A stretch of 63,548 bases of DNA, from positions 59,210,453 to 59,274,000 of the forward strand of contig CM060732.1 of NCBI GenBank assembly GCA_030704615.1, given 5' to 3'. Positions within the stretch are counted from its first letter, which is position 1. The number at the start of each line of letters is the position of its first letter. Shown here piece after piece: positions 26,625 to 38,339 of the stretch. A program made the position numbers and the translations under genes. The notes below the pieces were generated by a model. It was given only the letters and a program-made list of their open reading frames with translations, did no database searches and was not told where the DNA came from. This DNA is from Takakia lepidozioides (taxonomy: Eukaryota > Plantae > Bryophyta).

Positions 26625-26831
26625 TTCAGTGGAACCCAAACTCTCACTGATGTCTTTCACTATGAGGATCAAAAATGCTTGGCAGCCTACCTACACGAGG
26701 CCTTCACCCTTAGACAATCGCTAGAACATTAATTGTGGTTTCTGGATTTGTTCCTCTCTCATGTTTTCTTCCATTTTGTCCCATAAGCTCTACGAGCTTT
26801 CCGCGGACGTTATAAAGCACCATTTCATTTC
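26625..26831 (+). mobile_element. 5'-truncated LINE 3' end with (CATTT)n tail
   Basis: near-identical to the reverse complement of ~33693-33899; empty site visible in duplicate copy 2 at ~33172-33185. Confidence 0.92.
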
Positions 26832-27633
26832 TCCTCAAGATAGTCCAGTATATTCTCACTGTTTGGGACACTCATGATTCATGACAGTAGTACACATCGC
26901 AGACCTAGACAGCTATGGAAATCAATGGAAATGATCAAGCATTCACCTGACAAGACGTAACAAAAGTACAACGTACAAACCACGTCCGATGCACAAAGCT
27001 TCCTAAGAGGAACTCAGAAAGCAAAGTTGGCGTGAAAGATTGCAACACGATGAGGATAGCACATGTAGGACCACAATCCAGACGAGAACTACTCGGCTAT
27101 GGCGCTCACGGCGCAGGCATCTGCTCTCGTCTGTCCCACGTCTTTCAACGACATGCATGCAAGTTGTTTTAGCCGCTACTTACCTCTTGCAGAAAGTGGA
27201 GAGTGACTTCCTTCTCATGGGCAGTGTCCTCATCATCTCGATCCTCCTTGCGGAGTACCAGTACTGGGCGACAAGTGGTCGTCGTGGGCACAGCCTTGTG
27301 GGTGGGGGCGGCTGTTGTAGCTGTCGCTGCAGCGAGGGCTATGGCCACCACAGTTGGATGTCCACAGGAAGCTCCTGGCAACGCGACGAGGCATGAAGCT
27401 TTTTGCGCAGGTGCATCATTTCGAAGAGAGTTACTTTATGATTTTTCTGGAATGCCAGCCAGTTGACTGTCGATTTTGTGAACGATGGTATTCTAGTTCT
27501 GTCTCCTCCACTGTCAGGTCAACCCCCACCTCTTTTCGGGTCATCCACTGTTAAGTGGGTACGGGAGGCAGAAGTAGAGAGTTCGTGGTCAATTGTGTCC
27601 GTCTTTGCCCAGTATATCATAATCTTGATTAAT

Positions 27634-27955
27634 GGCATGTTCGCACAGGGGGATGGGTCGGAGGCGGAATTTGACAGAGCCCTGGAGCTGGACCCCCAAC
27701 AAAAGCCATGTGTGATGGTTAATCCTTGCGTGGTAGTCATCATATGCAATTCCTCATTTATGCCTTGTTTTCTAGCAGTTGCTGCAAGGGTGGTAGACAT
27801 CGTCTCACCCAGTGAACGATCACTGACACCCTTCGGGAATTGCACAACTGTACATTTTGGAAAAATTTCGCCTCAACGCTCACCTTGGGACCGACTGTCT
27901 GTGGGCTTGTTGTAGATTTATGGCAGCGAGGTCTCTCCCTCTATTATCTGAACTG
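27634..27955 (+). pseudogene. TPR-protein gene fragment (2 exons)
   Basis: GMFAQGDGSEAEFDRALELDPQQKP, intron, YLWQRGLSLYYLN; resembles a plant/cyanobacterial TPR family. Confidence 0.75.
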
Positions 27956-28088
27956 GTACTTTTACCGAGATTAAAGTTCAATCTCAGATCAACTGACAGG
28001 CATTTGCAGATAGGGGTTCTTTGTCCCGAGTTTCAAGCAGTGCAGTCTCCCAGAAATGTTTTGATATTGGGCACCTTGCTTTGTCTTG

Positions 28089-28475
28089 CTATCGAGAGAC
28101 ATTCTTGGTGCTCCGCGATGATAGAATCTTGAGACCAAATTACCTTTCAGCACCCTTATCTCCTTCCCTCTTGAGGGCATTGGGGCGGTTCAGGGTGGGT
28201 TCCCACAACCTACGGATAGAGACTGGCAGATGGGAAAACCTGCAACGGGAGGACCGCCTATGTCCAGCTTGCATAGGGCGCAGCAAGGAAATTGAAACTG
28301 AAGAACACTTCTTCTTCTACTGCCCTCTATACTACGAGATCCGTGGGAGATTTCACTGTTTATTCAGTGGAACCCAAACTCTCACTGATGTCTTTCACTA
28401 TGAGGATCAAAAATGCGTGGCAGCCTACCTACACGAGGCCTTCACCCTTAGACAATCGCTAGAACATTAATTGTG
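28089..28475 (+). mobile_element. LINE ORF2 3' fragment (C-terminal CCHC domain)
   Basis: almost identical to the end of ORF 33792..37157; lacks the 3' tail. Confidence 0.93.
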
Positions 28476-28572
28476 TTTGATGTCTACGAGGCATTTATAC
28501 TGTTTGATTCAGAAGTAGGTCGAGTTTGGACAGGCCTCTCATAGATTCAATGCACTGGAGTTGTTGCAGACA

Positions 28573-28636
28573 GATAAGATGATTGTGGCAATTACAGGAG
28601 CAACAGGTTTCACAGGCTTAAGACTGGTTCAAAGGA
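28573..28636 (+). pseudogene. Rossmann-motif exon, SDR39U1/GC1-like epimerase fragment
   Basis: MIVAITGATGFTGLRLVQR after a CAG acceptor. Confidence 0.6.
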
Positions 28637-28858
28637 GGGTTGATCTTCTATTCCCAACGTGCACACCAGCTAGTTGTAATGTGTTTAATGTCAATACATG
28701 GTTATCCAGTGTTTCTCTCGGAAGATCTGAGTGCCTCAAAAGACTTTGCATTGTGTCCAACTCGTTCAAAATGTAATATCAACGGATGTGGTCAGCATCA
28801 TGTTCTTGTCGTATGCACCTGTCGTATCTGACTCAAAACTGTACATTTTCTTTGGCAG

Positions 28859-29282
28859 GAAGGGAGCTTGGGTTTGATTCGTGGAGATGAAAAGTTTGAT
28901 CCCAAGAAGGGGTTCAAGTTCTCCACATTTGATTTCTGGTGGATTCGGCAGGCCATCACGCATGCAATAGCTGAGCAGTCAAGAACCATCCGCTTGCCTA
29001 TATGTGGCCTTTTGGCTTGTCACACCAGCATGAAACTAATCTGAAGAACTTCGCATGAATGAATACAGTTGTAGCTCTGCATTTTGTAAAAGTGAAAGTG
29101 GACCCATTGTTATGGTGGGTGTTCCTTGCAGATTCATGTCTATGAGATAATAGCGCGGATCAACAAAGCTAAGAAGATGTTGATTCAGGAACATGGCCGC
29201 CAACCATGGGATGAAGAAGTGGCAGAACTTGTAGGCATGACTGTTGAGAAGTTGAAAATGATGAAGAAGTCAGCTAAGTCCC
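28859..29282 (+). pseudogene. plastid sigma70-family factor fragment (regions 2.3-3), 2 exons
   Basis: [47 protein letters not shown], intron with donor reading AT, then IHVYEIIARINKAKKMLIQEHGRQPWDEEVAELVGMTVEKL. Confidence 0.9.
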
Positions 29283-29654
29283 CAGACGGTATTGAAGTTG
29301 TTATTGAATGAAATGATAGAGAGTGGTTTATAAGTTTATAATTTGTTGACAATAAGTTAAACAGATGTGGAGATTTGCGTCATGGACGTATATGACATTC
29401 AGCTGACCCTCAACGCTTGAGGGTTCTTGCAGTACAATTGTCAGCAATTATTAGTGGAGTTTCAACAGTTGGCACATTGCAGATAAATGCCTTGCTGGCC
29501 CTTTTGAGCTAATATGATACATCTGGTGTCTTGCCATTTTGACATTAGAAGGGAAGACAGTGAAAAAACGGTTTGAGTTCAACAGAAAAGCTGGTTTCTA
29601 AAGTGTGTGTGCTCCAAGAATATCTGTGTAGAGCCCAAACCGTGTAGGCATCCC

Positions 29655-29900
29655 TATTTCGTATCCCTATGGTGATATATATGCCCTTATCCCCTTGGGG
29701 CATATCCCCTGCTTGTAATACCCCCTGCATATCCCCTACGTGCATATCCCCTGTGTGTAATACCCCTGCATATCCCCTACGTGTAATATCCCCTGTGGTC
29801 CCACTTTCCCCAATGACCAAAAAAAACCCTGCATACTATCTTTTTCCGTCGAATCCCCTTCCTGTAGATAGGGGATTTGACATATTTCCCCCTACAGGGG
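29655..29900. repeat. (ATATCCCCT)-type short tandem array
   Basis: seen directly. Confidence 0.8.
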
Positions 29901-29921
29901 ACGCACAAAAAGATTCATGTG

Positions 29922-32900
29922 ATTGTTGCAGGGAAGCGTAGTAAGGATCCTGCGTCAATGCACCAGACTATGATGGTGGTCATGCAGGCATCCTTCCTTC
30001 GCACACTACCCAGCCTTCTCAAAAGACGAACAACTCCACAAATTGCAAGTATGCTTCAATCTTATCAAATTTCCCATGGAAGCTAGGGAAGAACATACAG
30101 AAAGCAAAAGCATCACAGTTTTTGTCAAGCATGGGGGCCTACATATAAGGAGTCAGAGGTTGCTTCCAATCTCCTACATAAAAACATACAAAATGATGTT
30201 GTCCCTGCATGAATGGTTCAAGCAGATCTGTGGGGCCTTGTTGACCCTCACTGTCCATTCCTGCACGGACCTGATCTCTCTTTCTCCCACCGATGTATAT
30301 CCGAGCCCCCAGAGCCCCCAGTGTTTCAGAAATGCAGGGCCTTGACAGCCCCCTTGTGGCTTCCATAACTCGCCACAATAATCCTGATCGGTCATTTTAC
30401 TTACTTATTCGAACAACCAAGCCACAAGTACCCAGTTTAGGGCAATTCTTTTGGTCAATATTATCCCATATCGTTTGCATCGTTTTGACTTGCTGCTATA
30501 AATTCTGAAATAGCGCACAAGTTGGTGGCTCGGGGGAGGATGGGAGGCGAGCGACATGCATTTCCCTGCATGTTCTTTTTTGCTCCTAATTTCTGTTTTT
30601 CTTTTTTTCTCCATGTATTTGGACCGCTACGGACGAGGGTTCGAATACCTAAACCGCTGGGGTGGTGTAATCGCCTTTCACTAAATGTGGCATCGTGGTT
30701 TTACAGGGAATTGATCCAAATGTACATGGACAAAACAGAAATTAAGAGCAAAAAATAACATGCACGGTGGCTCACCTCCCATCCTCCCCCGAGCGTTTTA
30801 CTTTTATGTCTCGCAAGAGATACCAACTTGTGCCCTATTTCAGTATTTATAGAAGCAAGTAAAAACAATACAAACGATATGGGATAATCCTGATTAAAAC
30901 AATTGCCCTAAACCGACCTGGTAGATGGATGATAGATAGGATGGGAGGTGAGCCACATGCATTTCACTTTGTGCTGTTTTGGTTTCTTCTTGGTGTGGAC
31001 GGTCGAGGGTTGGAATACCTACACCCACCATAAGAGCTTCGCAGTTAGAATGTTTGCCACAGATCGGAATGAACAGGGTGGGTCACGTACCTCCAGTAAT
31101 TCTTGTGACTGGATTGTTTCTATAACAAACACTCTCTCGCGTCATAGATCAGTGTACACAATCAGGTATTACCAGCTGGTGATCTTCGGATATCATTGTC
31201 CACATCTGTTCTTCTTTTGTTTTTCTTCCTGATCAGTCCCGTCCAAAATAATTACGCAAACTGCCAATAAATGACACATACACAGCGTGCGACGTTGATT
31301 TTCTTGTAGATTTCCATTGAAGGACCCATCTAGATTTCAAAATTCTCAAAACCTTGCCAACTCCCTTTCCCTCGCTGTCTCTTCGCTGATAGGAAAGTAA
31401 CTGTTCTAACAGCACAATGGGATTTACAGTCTATGCAAAACTCTCAGAAATCTCCAATGTATGGTACGGAAGACCTCTCTCTCTGAAACGGACTCGTTCT
31501 ATCTGTCCCTGTGTGTTCCTTCAGGTAGCATTTACGTTCGGCCCGATATCCTCTACAAGCTCGGCATGGGCACTGCAGGAAATCTTCTCAGGAAATCTAT
31601 GTATGCAGATGAACGAAGGTCCCCCTAGCGCGCGGATAATTATCTAGCAGTGCAGGAAATCTTCTCGGGAAATCTATGTATGCAGAGGAACGAAGATCCC
31701 CGGTTAATTATCTAGCAAATCTTCCATCTTTTCCTTGTTTGTCTCCCGTTTTCTGGGTCGTTTCGCTGTGGCGGTTACAGTCTGCCAAAGCGAAATCTGC
31801 GATCTACCCACCCACAAGTATAACATGCGCTTTCAGTTTAACCATCTGCATATCACTTTCCGCTCCCAAATCCTGGGGAACTCCTCGTGTATGGCAAAAA
31901 ACTTCAGAAGTTGACTACCTAATCTTCAGGGGCGCCAATCACCGCAGGTTCTCAAAAGGCGAAGAAATGAGTTTGCATGTCGCCAGGAAAGTAGGATGCG
32001 AGTGAAAGAGAAGAGCAGATGACGCAGGATCGCAGGATCGCATGACCTCATTTTCATAACCAACTTCTGTCTACGTATTCTCTGCACTATATGTAGATAC
32101 TAGATACCCACCTGGGCGGGGGAATGTAGGTATTATTTTACATTTGGATAGTCAACTTGGCAGAGGGAGGAATATGATGAGTAGACCTAGGGTTGGTTAT
32201 GTCTAAGAAAATCAAATGGGGACAGTAAATGGAAACCATCTTTTAATGAACCATATTCACTCCTCCCAGTTAATTGTAATAATCCCATATCCTTTGTATT
32301 GTTTTACTTGTCGTATATAAATACTGCAATAGGGCACAAGTAGTTGTCTCTTGCGAGACATAAAAATAAAAAGCTCGGGGGAGGATGGGAGGTGAGCGAC
32401 ATGCATTTACGCCGTACGTGCATGTTATTTTTTGCTAGGACTAATTTGTGTTTTGCTTTTTTCTTCCGAGGGTGGAATACCTACACCCACCACTAGAACG
32501 TTTGCCACAGACACTAAAGAAAGAAGAGGTCGCATACCTCCACCAGTTCTTGTGACTGGACTGTAACTGAGCTGTTTCAATAAGGCGGAATGAATTGCTG
32601 TGGCTACCCAGGCTTGGGATGCCATGTGTTATTGCTTGAGCAGTGATCCCCAGCTGCAAGTATAGTTGATTGTGTTGATCTGTTGCTGTTACGTCTGCTC
32701 AACTTTCTGCTAAATTAATTTCTCTTCTGACGACCCTTGGACCGTGTTTGTCAATCCTTTGTATCAAGTCACATGGTTTTCTTTTGTGACCAGCAAGTGC
32801 AGATGTCTGTGGGCAGGAAGGACCAGGCAACGCTACCCGTGTGTGCTGATGGCATGGGCAACGACTGAAGGAGCAGAAAAGGTAGACACCTCTTAAGGAA

Positions 32901-33608
32901 CGCAACATCTTGTTGATTCATGGCATGAAACCTTGGACCCTCGCGAGGCATTCATCTGCTGACTTGAAGTTGTAGCACTCTGTCATATCACATTCCATCC
33001 ATTCCGTCAACAAAACCGAAAGAGCCGTTTGTCACTGAAAATGCACCCCCATTGTCTGCTTCATGGGTGGACAGTCCTCGTGGAATTTCAGCTAATTTGC
33101 CTCACGCATCAGCGCATCATCAGTGCGAGTGACTGTGGCTTGATAGTTTTACCAACGTTGTCGTACTGGAGCTTCCTCTCCTCAAGATAGTCCAGTACAT
33201 TCTCACTGTTTGGGACACTCATGATTCATGACAGTAGTGCACATCGCAGACCTAGACAGCTATGGAAATCAATGGAAATGATCAAGTATTCACCTGAAAA
33301 GACGTAACAAAAGTACAACGTACAAACCACGTCCGATGCACAAAGCTTCCTAAGAGGAACTCAGAAAGCAAAGTTGGCGTGAAAGATTGCAACACGATGA
33401 GGATAGCACATGTAGACCAGAACTCCACGGCTATGGCGCTCACGGCGCAGGCATCTGCTCTCGTCTGTCCCACCTCTTTCAACGACATGCATGCAAGTTG
33501 TTTTAGCCGCTACTTACCTCTTGCAGAAAGTGGAGAGTGACTTCCTTCACATGGGCAGTGTCCTCATCATCTCGATCCTCCTTGCGGAGTACCAGTACTG
33601 GGCGACAA
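29922..33608 (+). repeat. local segmental duplication, copy 2
   Basis: identical spurious ORFs occur in both copies (e.g. 24480/30405 and 24597/30522). Confidence 0.93.
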
Positions 33609-33791
33609 TTCACAAGGGGCATGTGAATCATTCAAATAATGCAAAAGCCATATACTTTACCACCCAGCTTCCTTGACAATTAGCACTGACATGAAATGAA
33701 ATGGTGCTTTATAACGTCCGCGGAAAGCTCGTAGAGCTTATGGGACAAAATGGAAGAAAACATGAGAGAGGAACAAATCCAGAAACCACAA

Positions 33792-36700
33792 TTAATGTTC
33801 TAGCGATTGTCTAAGGGTGAAGGCCTCGTGTAGGTAGGCTGCCAAGCATTTTTTATCCTCATAGTGAAAGACATCAGTGAGAGTTTGGGTTCCACTGAAT
33901 AAACAGTGGAATCTCCCACGGATCTCGTAGTATAGAGGGCAGTAGAAGAAGAAGTGTTCTTCAGTTTCAATTTCCTTGCTGCGCCCTATGCAAGCTGGAC
34001 ATAGGCGGTCCTCCGGTTGCAGGTTTTCCCATCTGCCAGTCTCTATCCGTAGGTTGTGGGAACCCACCCTGAACCGCCCCAATGCCCTCAAGAGGGAAGG
34101 AGATAAGGGTGCTGAAAGGTAATTTGGTCTCAAGATTCTATCATCGCGGAGCACCAAGAATGTCTCTCGATAGAAGTGGAGCTTTGTCGTGAGATTGGGT
34201 AGCATCCAAGTTCTCTTGACATGTAATTCCATAAGCTCTCTCCGAATGAGTATGTTGCGGTCATGTCTGGATGTGATGTCCACCTCATCTGGGTTCATTG
34301 GTAATAGGAAAGCATTAGAAAGTCCGTTACGTTGAAATAAACTGTCCACTCGAGCATACCAGGAGTTCCTGAAACCTGCAGCTTTGAGCCTCATAGATGT
34401 TGTGAGGGCCCTAGCCACTAGCCCTTTGGGTGGAAGGGCCTGCAATCTATGGAGAAAGATTGTAAGCGTGAAGAGGGCCTCGGATTGCAATGGTACACAT
34501 GCGAACTCTGCACCTAGGATCTGAGATGGAGTTGTGCTCCCGGCGCCAAGCATTGCTTGGAGAAAAGATGATTGTAATGGTTCCAAATTCTTTTCCCACC
34601 AGGAGACAGGGACACCAGGTGCCCAGAACTCACAACCATAGATGGTAGCAGGGCTGACGACGGTGTCAAACAGCCACTTTTTGGTCGGGGGATGCCGCAG
34701 ATGTATTTGCTTGCATTTGGCCTGAAGGCGGACGGAGGCCACCTTACCTTTAGTCAACCTGTCCAAGGCAGTGGCTGCAAAGTGAAACTTGGGGGAGTGG
34801 ATAACCAGACCTAGGTACCGGTATGATTTCACAATCTCAATTTCCTGCTGGTTGAAGATGAATCTACGATCAGCCTGGCCATTGAAGACCATGATCTTGG
34901 TCTTGCTAAGATTGACCTGCATCCCATAGTCTTTGCAGAACTGTTCCAAAATTTTGAGATGGCGTTGCAGAAAGACCGGGGATTGTGCCAAAAGGGCAAC
35001 ATCATCAGCATAGAGGAGATCTGATTGGGTTGGTCCCCCATCCAATGGGACCCCAACCCCATGGTTTTTTGATATGTAATTCTCCAAGCCGTCAATGTAG
35101 ATCCCGAACAGGGTAGGTGAAAGGGGGCAGCCCTGTTTGACTCCAATGTTGCTGTGGATCTCGGCTGAGAATTCACCAGCGACGTTGACCATGCCAGTGA
35201 CAATCTCATACATAGAAGAGATGGCACAAAGGATGTCTGGAGGGACTTCCACTCTATGGAGCCGTTGGAAGAGAAGGTCCCGAGGAACTGAATCAAAGGC
35301 TTTGTGAAAGTCCACGAAGCAAACATAGACCATTCTTTTGTCATAGCGTGCACTTTCCACCATAACTTGAAGAGTGAAGATGTGGTCAATAGTGGATCGG
35401 TTTCGACGGAAACCAGCCTGTCCCTCAGCACGAATGCGAGAGTGCTCAGCCCAATCATCCAGTTCCATGGCCACTACTGCCCCAAACAGTTTAGCAAGTA
35501 ATGAGGACACCATGATAGTACGATAGTTTGTCAGTGCGAGCCTGTCACCGCTCTTAAAAAGTGGGTGGATGATGCTCTTTGTCCACTCTGTTGGGAAGCC
35601 CCATTGCACCACCTCATTGAAGAGGTTAGCTATAAAAGGGGCTAAAGTAGGTGCAGCATGCTTGATGAATTCACTCTGAAGTCCTGAAATGTCCACCGCT
35701 CTGCCATTTTGCAGCTTCTGCATTGCCTTACTGACATTGGCTATAGTAAAGAGAGAGAAGTGAAGGGGTTTAGAGGTTATAGGAGAAGGAGTTTGGGTTG
35801 GGGAATGGTACAAAGACTGTGCATACTCATGCCAGACATGAATGTCAGTGATTGGGGGGGGATCTCTATGAGGTTTAAGGAGGGACCAAAAAGATCGAGG
35901 AGAAAATCTGATTTTAGCAAGGAAAGAAGATTGCAGCTTGATAGTGTAGGCTTGCTTTTTGGATCTAATGAGGGACTTATAGTGCTTAAGAGCAAGATTA
36001 GTGGACTCTGGAGAAGAATTGGTATCAAGTAGTAAAAATTTGATGCGACGTCTAGCAGTCTTGCATTCCTCATCATAAAATGGTGCGTAACGACGAGTGG
36101 AGAAGGGTGAGGAGGTAGATGGAAGGGTGACATGAAAGGATCGCAGGGCTGAGTCCCAAAGGGCTTGAGTAAGATGTGTAGCCTTGTCGTTAGGAGATGA
36201 TAGATGTAGAATGGAAGGGAGGGTTGACGCTAGGTATGTTTCATACTCGGCGTCGTGTAAGTGAGAGAAAGGGGTATTAAAGTGGATACGTGGGTGTAAG
36301 GGAAGAGACGCAGAGGGGATCCTCACGGGGAGGGAGATGGAAGGAAATGCAAAGGAAAGGCAAGAGTGATCAGAATCTGGGTACCTCGTGATGTAAAAGG
36401 AGCTTATTCTATCAGGCTTGTTGGGGCTCCCCAAGAGATAGTCAACCACGCTTTGGCCCTTGTACGTGTGGCAAGTGAACTGGCTGGAGGATTTGAAGTT
36501 GGTTGTTTCATTGTAAATGGACAGCCCCTGAGTTTCACAAAACTTGAGTAGATGGTGACCGTAACTTGTGATTTCGCAAGAGGAATCTGCACTTTGCCTC
36601 TCCAATTCCGTATGCGAGCATTGGATGTGTAGAGGATCTGTGTGGTCGAAGATGGGGGCCTGTAGTGTTCCTGTACGGGCGTTGAAATCTCCAACCAAGA

Positions 36701-37157
36701 AAATGTCCGTTTGTGGGGTACGGAAACGGGCCATATCGTCTTCCAATGGAACATATGGTGAATCTGTTCGAATATGTAGGCCGTTGTGCGGAGATGCGGC
36801 CGGAGCAAAATAACATCCCGCCAGCAGGATGTTGTAGCCTTTGATGTGACACCAAATGTACCTTGCCAGTGGGTCTTTGTATGGGAAGGAGATAAGTGGG
36901 AGAAGCCAGTCAGCAAAGTAACAAGCCACACCTCCAGATCCTTTGAGACCTGTACGTGGACGAATCACTGACTGAAAGCTATACCCGAGAATAAAAGGGG
37001 GGTCATTTCCTTCATACGCATGAGTTTCCAAAAGAAAAAGAACATCACACTTGGAAAGAATATCTAGAAGCCCTTGAGGGTGGCTCCACAACGAGCCATT
37101 ACAGTTCCATGAGCCAATGTGTAGATGTGAGCGTGCGTTGGTCTCATGGTGCCCCAA
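33792..37157 (-). CDS. LINE ORF2: AP endonuclease, reverse transcriptase and CCHC domain (1121 aa, uninterrupted)
   Basis: SWNCNG, LLETH, GDFNAR, SDH (APE); FVDFHKAFDSV, GVKQGCPLSP, LYADD (RT); CPAC...EEHFFFYC. Confidence 0.96.
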   Translation of the reverse strand: MGHHETNARSHLHIGSWNCNGSLWSHPQGLLDILSKCDVLFLLETHAYEGNDPPFILGYSFQSVIRPRTGLKGSGGVACYFADWLLPLISFPYKDPLARYIWCHIKGYNILLAGCYFAPAASPHNGLHIRTDSPYVPLEDDMARFRTPQTDIFLVGDFNARTGTLQAPIFDHTDPLHIQCSHTELERQSADSSCEITSYGHHLLKFCETQGLSIYNETTNFKSSSQFTCHTYKGQSVVDYLLGSPNKPDRISSFYITRYPDSDHSCLSFAFPSISLPVRIPSASLPLHPRIHFNTPFSHLHDAEYETYLASTLPSILHLSSPNDKATHLTQALWDSALRSFHVTLPSTSSPFSTRRYAPFYDEECKTARRRIKFLLLDTNSSPESTNLALKHYKSLIRSKKQAYTIKLQSSFLAKIRFSPRSFWSLLKPHRDPPPITDIHVWHEYAQSLYHSPTQTPSPITSKPLHFSLFTIANVSKAMQKLQNGRAVDISGLQSEFIKHAAPTLAPFIANLFNEVVQWGFPTEWTKSIIHPLFKSGDRLALTNYRTIMVSSLLAKLFGAVVAMELDDWAEHSRIRAEGQAGFRRNRSTIDHIFTLQVMVESARYDKRMVYVCFVDFHKAFDSVPRDLLFQRLHRVEVPPDILCAISSMYEIVTGMVNVAGEFSAEIHSNIGVKQGCPLSPTLFGIYIDGLENYISKNHGVGVPLDGGPTQSDLLYADDVALLAQSPVFLQRHLKILEQFCKDYGMQVNLSKTKIMVFNGQADRRFIFNQQEIEIVKSYRYLGLVIHSPKFHFAATALDRLTKGKVASVRLQAKCKQIHLRHPPTKKWLFDTVVSPATIYGCEFWAPGVPVSWWEKNLEPLQSSFLQAMLGAGSTTPSQILGAEFACVPLQSEALFTLTIFLHRLQALPPKGLVARALTTSMRLKAAGFRNSWYARVDSLFQRNGLSNAFLLPMNPDEVDITSRHDRNILIRRELMELHVKRTWMLPNLTTKLHFYRETFLVLRDDRILRPNYLSAPLSPSLLRALGRFRVGSHNLRIETGRWENLQPEDRLCPACIGRSKEIETEEHFFFYCPLYYEIRGRFHCLFSGTQTLTDVFHYEDKKCLAAYLHEAFTLRQSLEH

Positions 37158-37160
37158 CCC

Positions 37161-37620
37161 CTATTTAGAGCTAGAGGGGCGACGTTCGTGCTCCCGGACA
37201 ATTACCCTCCCATCTCGGTACACGGCATAGTGCCCTTGAGCTCGAGCTTGCTTAACCTGCAAGAGTTGCGCCCGCATGGCGTTGTATTGCAAAGGGGTCA
37301 AGTCATCGTTGAGATACATACCCTGACCTCTCAATTGAGGCCTCTGCCTGAGGACTCTATCCCGAGCACCCTTGTCCTTGAATCTAATGAAGAGGACTTT
37401 GTGCTCTGAAGATCATGCACGCCAAGCCCTTTCAATGCCACTCGCGCCCCGTGGGAGAGCAAGGTTTTGCTGAATAAGGCTGGTGGCAGCGTCAAGAGGG
37501 TCCCCCTCAGCAAGGCCCCCTAGCTTCCCAGTGACCCTGATGTTAAGGGCTTTGAAAGCCCGTTGCTGTTCCTCTCGCAAGGTAGCCGAGACTGTCTCCT
37601 CCAGAGAGTGAGGACTGTTG
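37161..37620 (-). pseudogene. LINE ORF1 C-terminal part, one internal TGA
   Basis: NIRVTG...IERAWRA*...VLFIRF...LRGQGMYLNDDLT resembles RRM-type LINE ORF1. Confidence 0.75.
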
Positions 37621-38339
37621 TTGGATGTGCTCCCCTTGACATGGTAATCACTGCCAAATGGCACAGTCCCTTATAACTCAACATGAAGCTAGGGCCCCTT
37701 AATTAATGTGGCAATTTTGATGCCTTAATTGTATGTAATATTACAGCCTATGCACTACTAGGAAATTTCAAATTATGCAATGCTGAAATGTTTTACATTA
37801 TTCAATGGTGGGATGTTTTCAATGGTAGGATGTTTGCTGGGACGTTTACATACATTAGAGTGATGCAATTTTGAAATTTATTGCTGAAATGTTTTCAATG
37901 TTTCAATGTTTCAATGTTTTCAAGGTCTTCTAGGTATTTCATTTCCTTCTATATATTCCATTCTTCAAGTGTATATGGTTGATCTCTAGTTGGTCTCTCA
38001 TCTTTGGGCAGTAGTCCTGACCCCTTTCCAAACAGATCTATGGCATGTTCTCTCTTTACAAGGCAAGGAACCTGCAGGTCAGATCAGATAAAATTGAGAA
38101 CCCAGCAAACTTGTCAAGATTGAAACTCTTAGAAATGGCAAATGTCACTGGTTTCTGCATGAGCTCCAGTCATCATTTTAAAAAGATTCCCTCACTTTGA
38201 CAAAAACAAGACGGATTGTAACTTAACATATATAGCAGACAATAATTCAGGGTCTCTTTAGACTACATGGGGTTGTAAGCCCAAAAACAAACAAGCCAAT
38301 TCAGTTAGACAGTGGCATATATGGTTTGGCCACAAGACA

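Larger units (their letters stand above)
24160..27273 (+). repeat. local segmental duplication, copy 1
   Basis: near-identical to 29922-33608; lacks ~30077-30237 and ~32518-33148 of copy 2; carries an extra LINE fragment. Confidence 0.93.
33691..37620 (-). mobile_element. non-LTR retrotransposon (APE-RT LINE, RTE/RTEX/CR1-like), 5'-truncated in ORF1, (CATTT)n tail
   Basis: partial ORF1, open ORF2 and a microsatellite tail at 33691-33705. Confidence 0.93.

Noticed and set aside
28859-29282. Bacterial rpoD or contamination
   Set aside because: It has an intron and sits among plant gene fragments, so it is a nuclear-encoded plastid sigma factor piece.
34829-36971. Alternative-frame ORFs overlapping LINE ORF2
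   Set aside because: Shadow ORFs of a long coding sequence.
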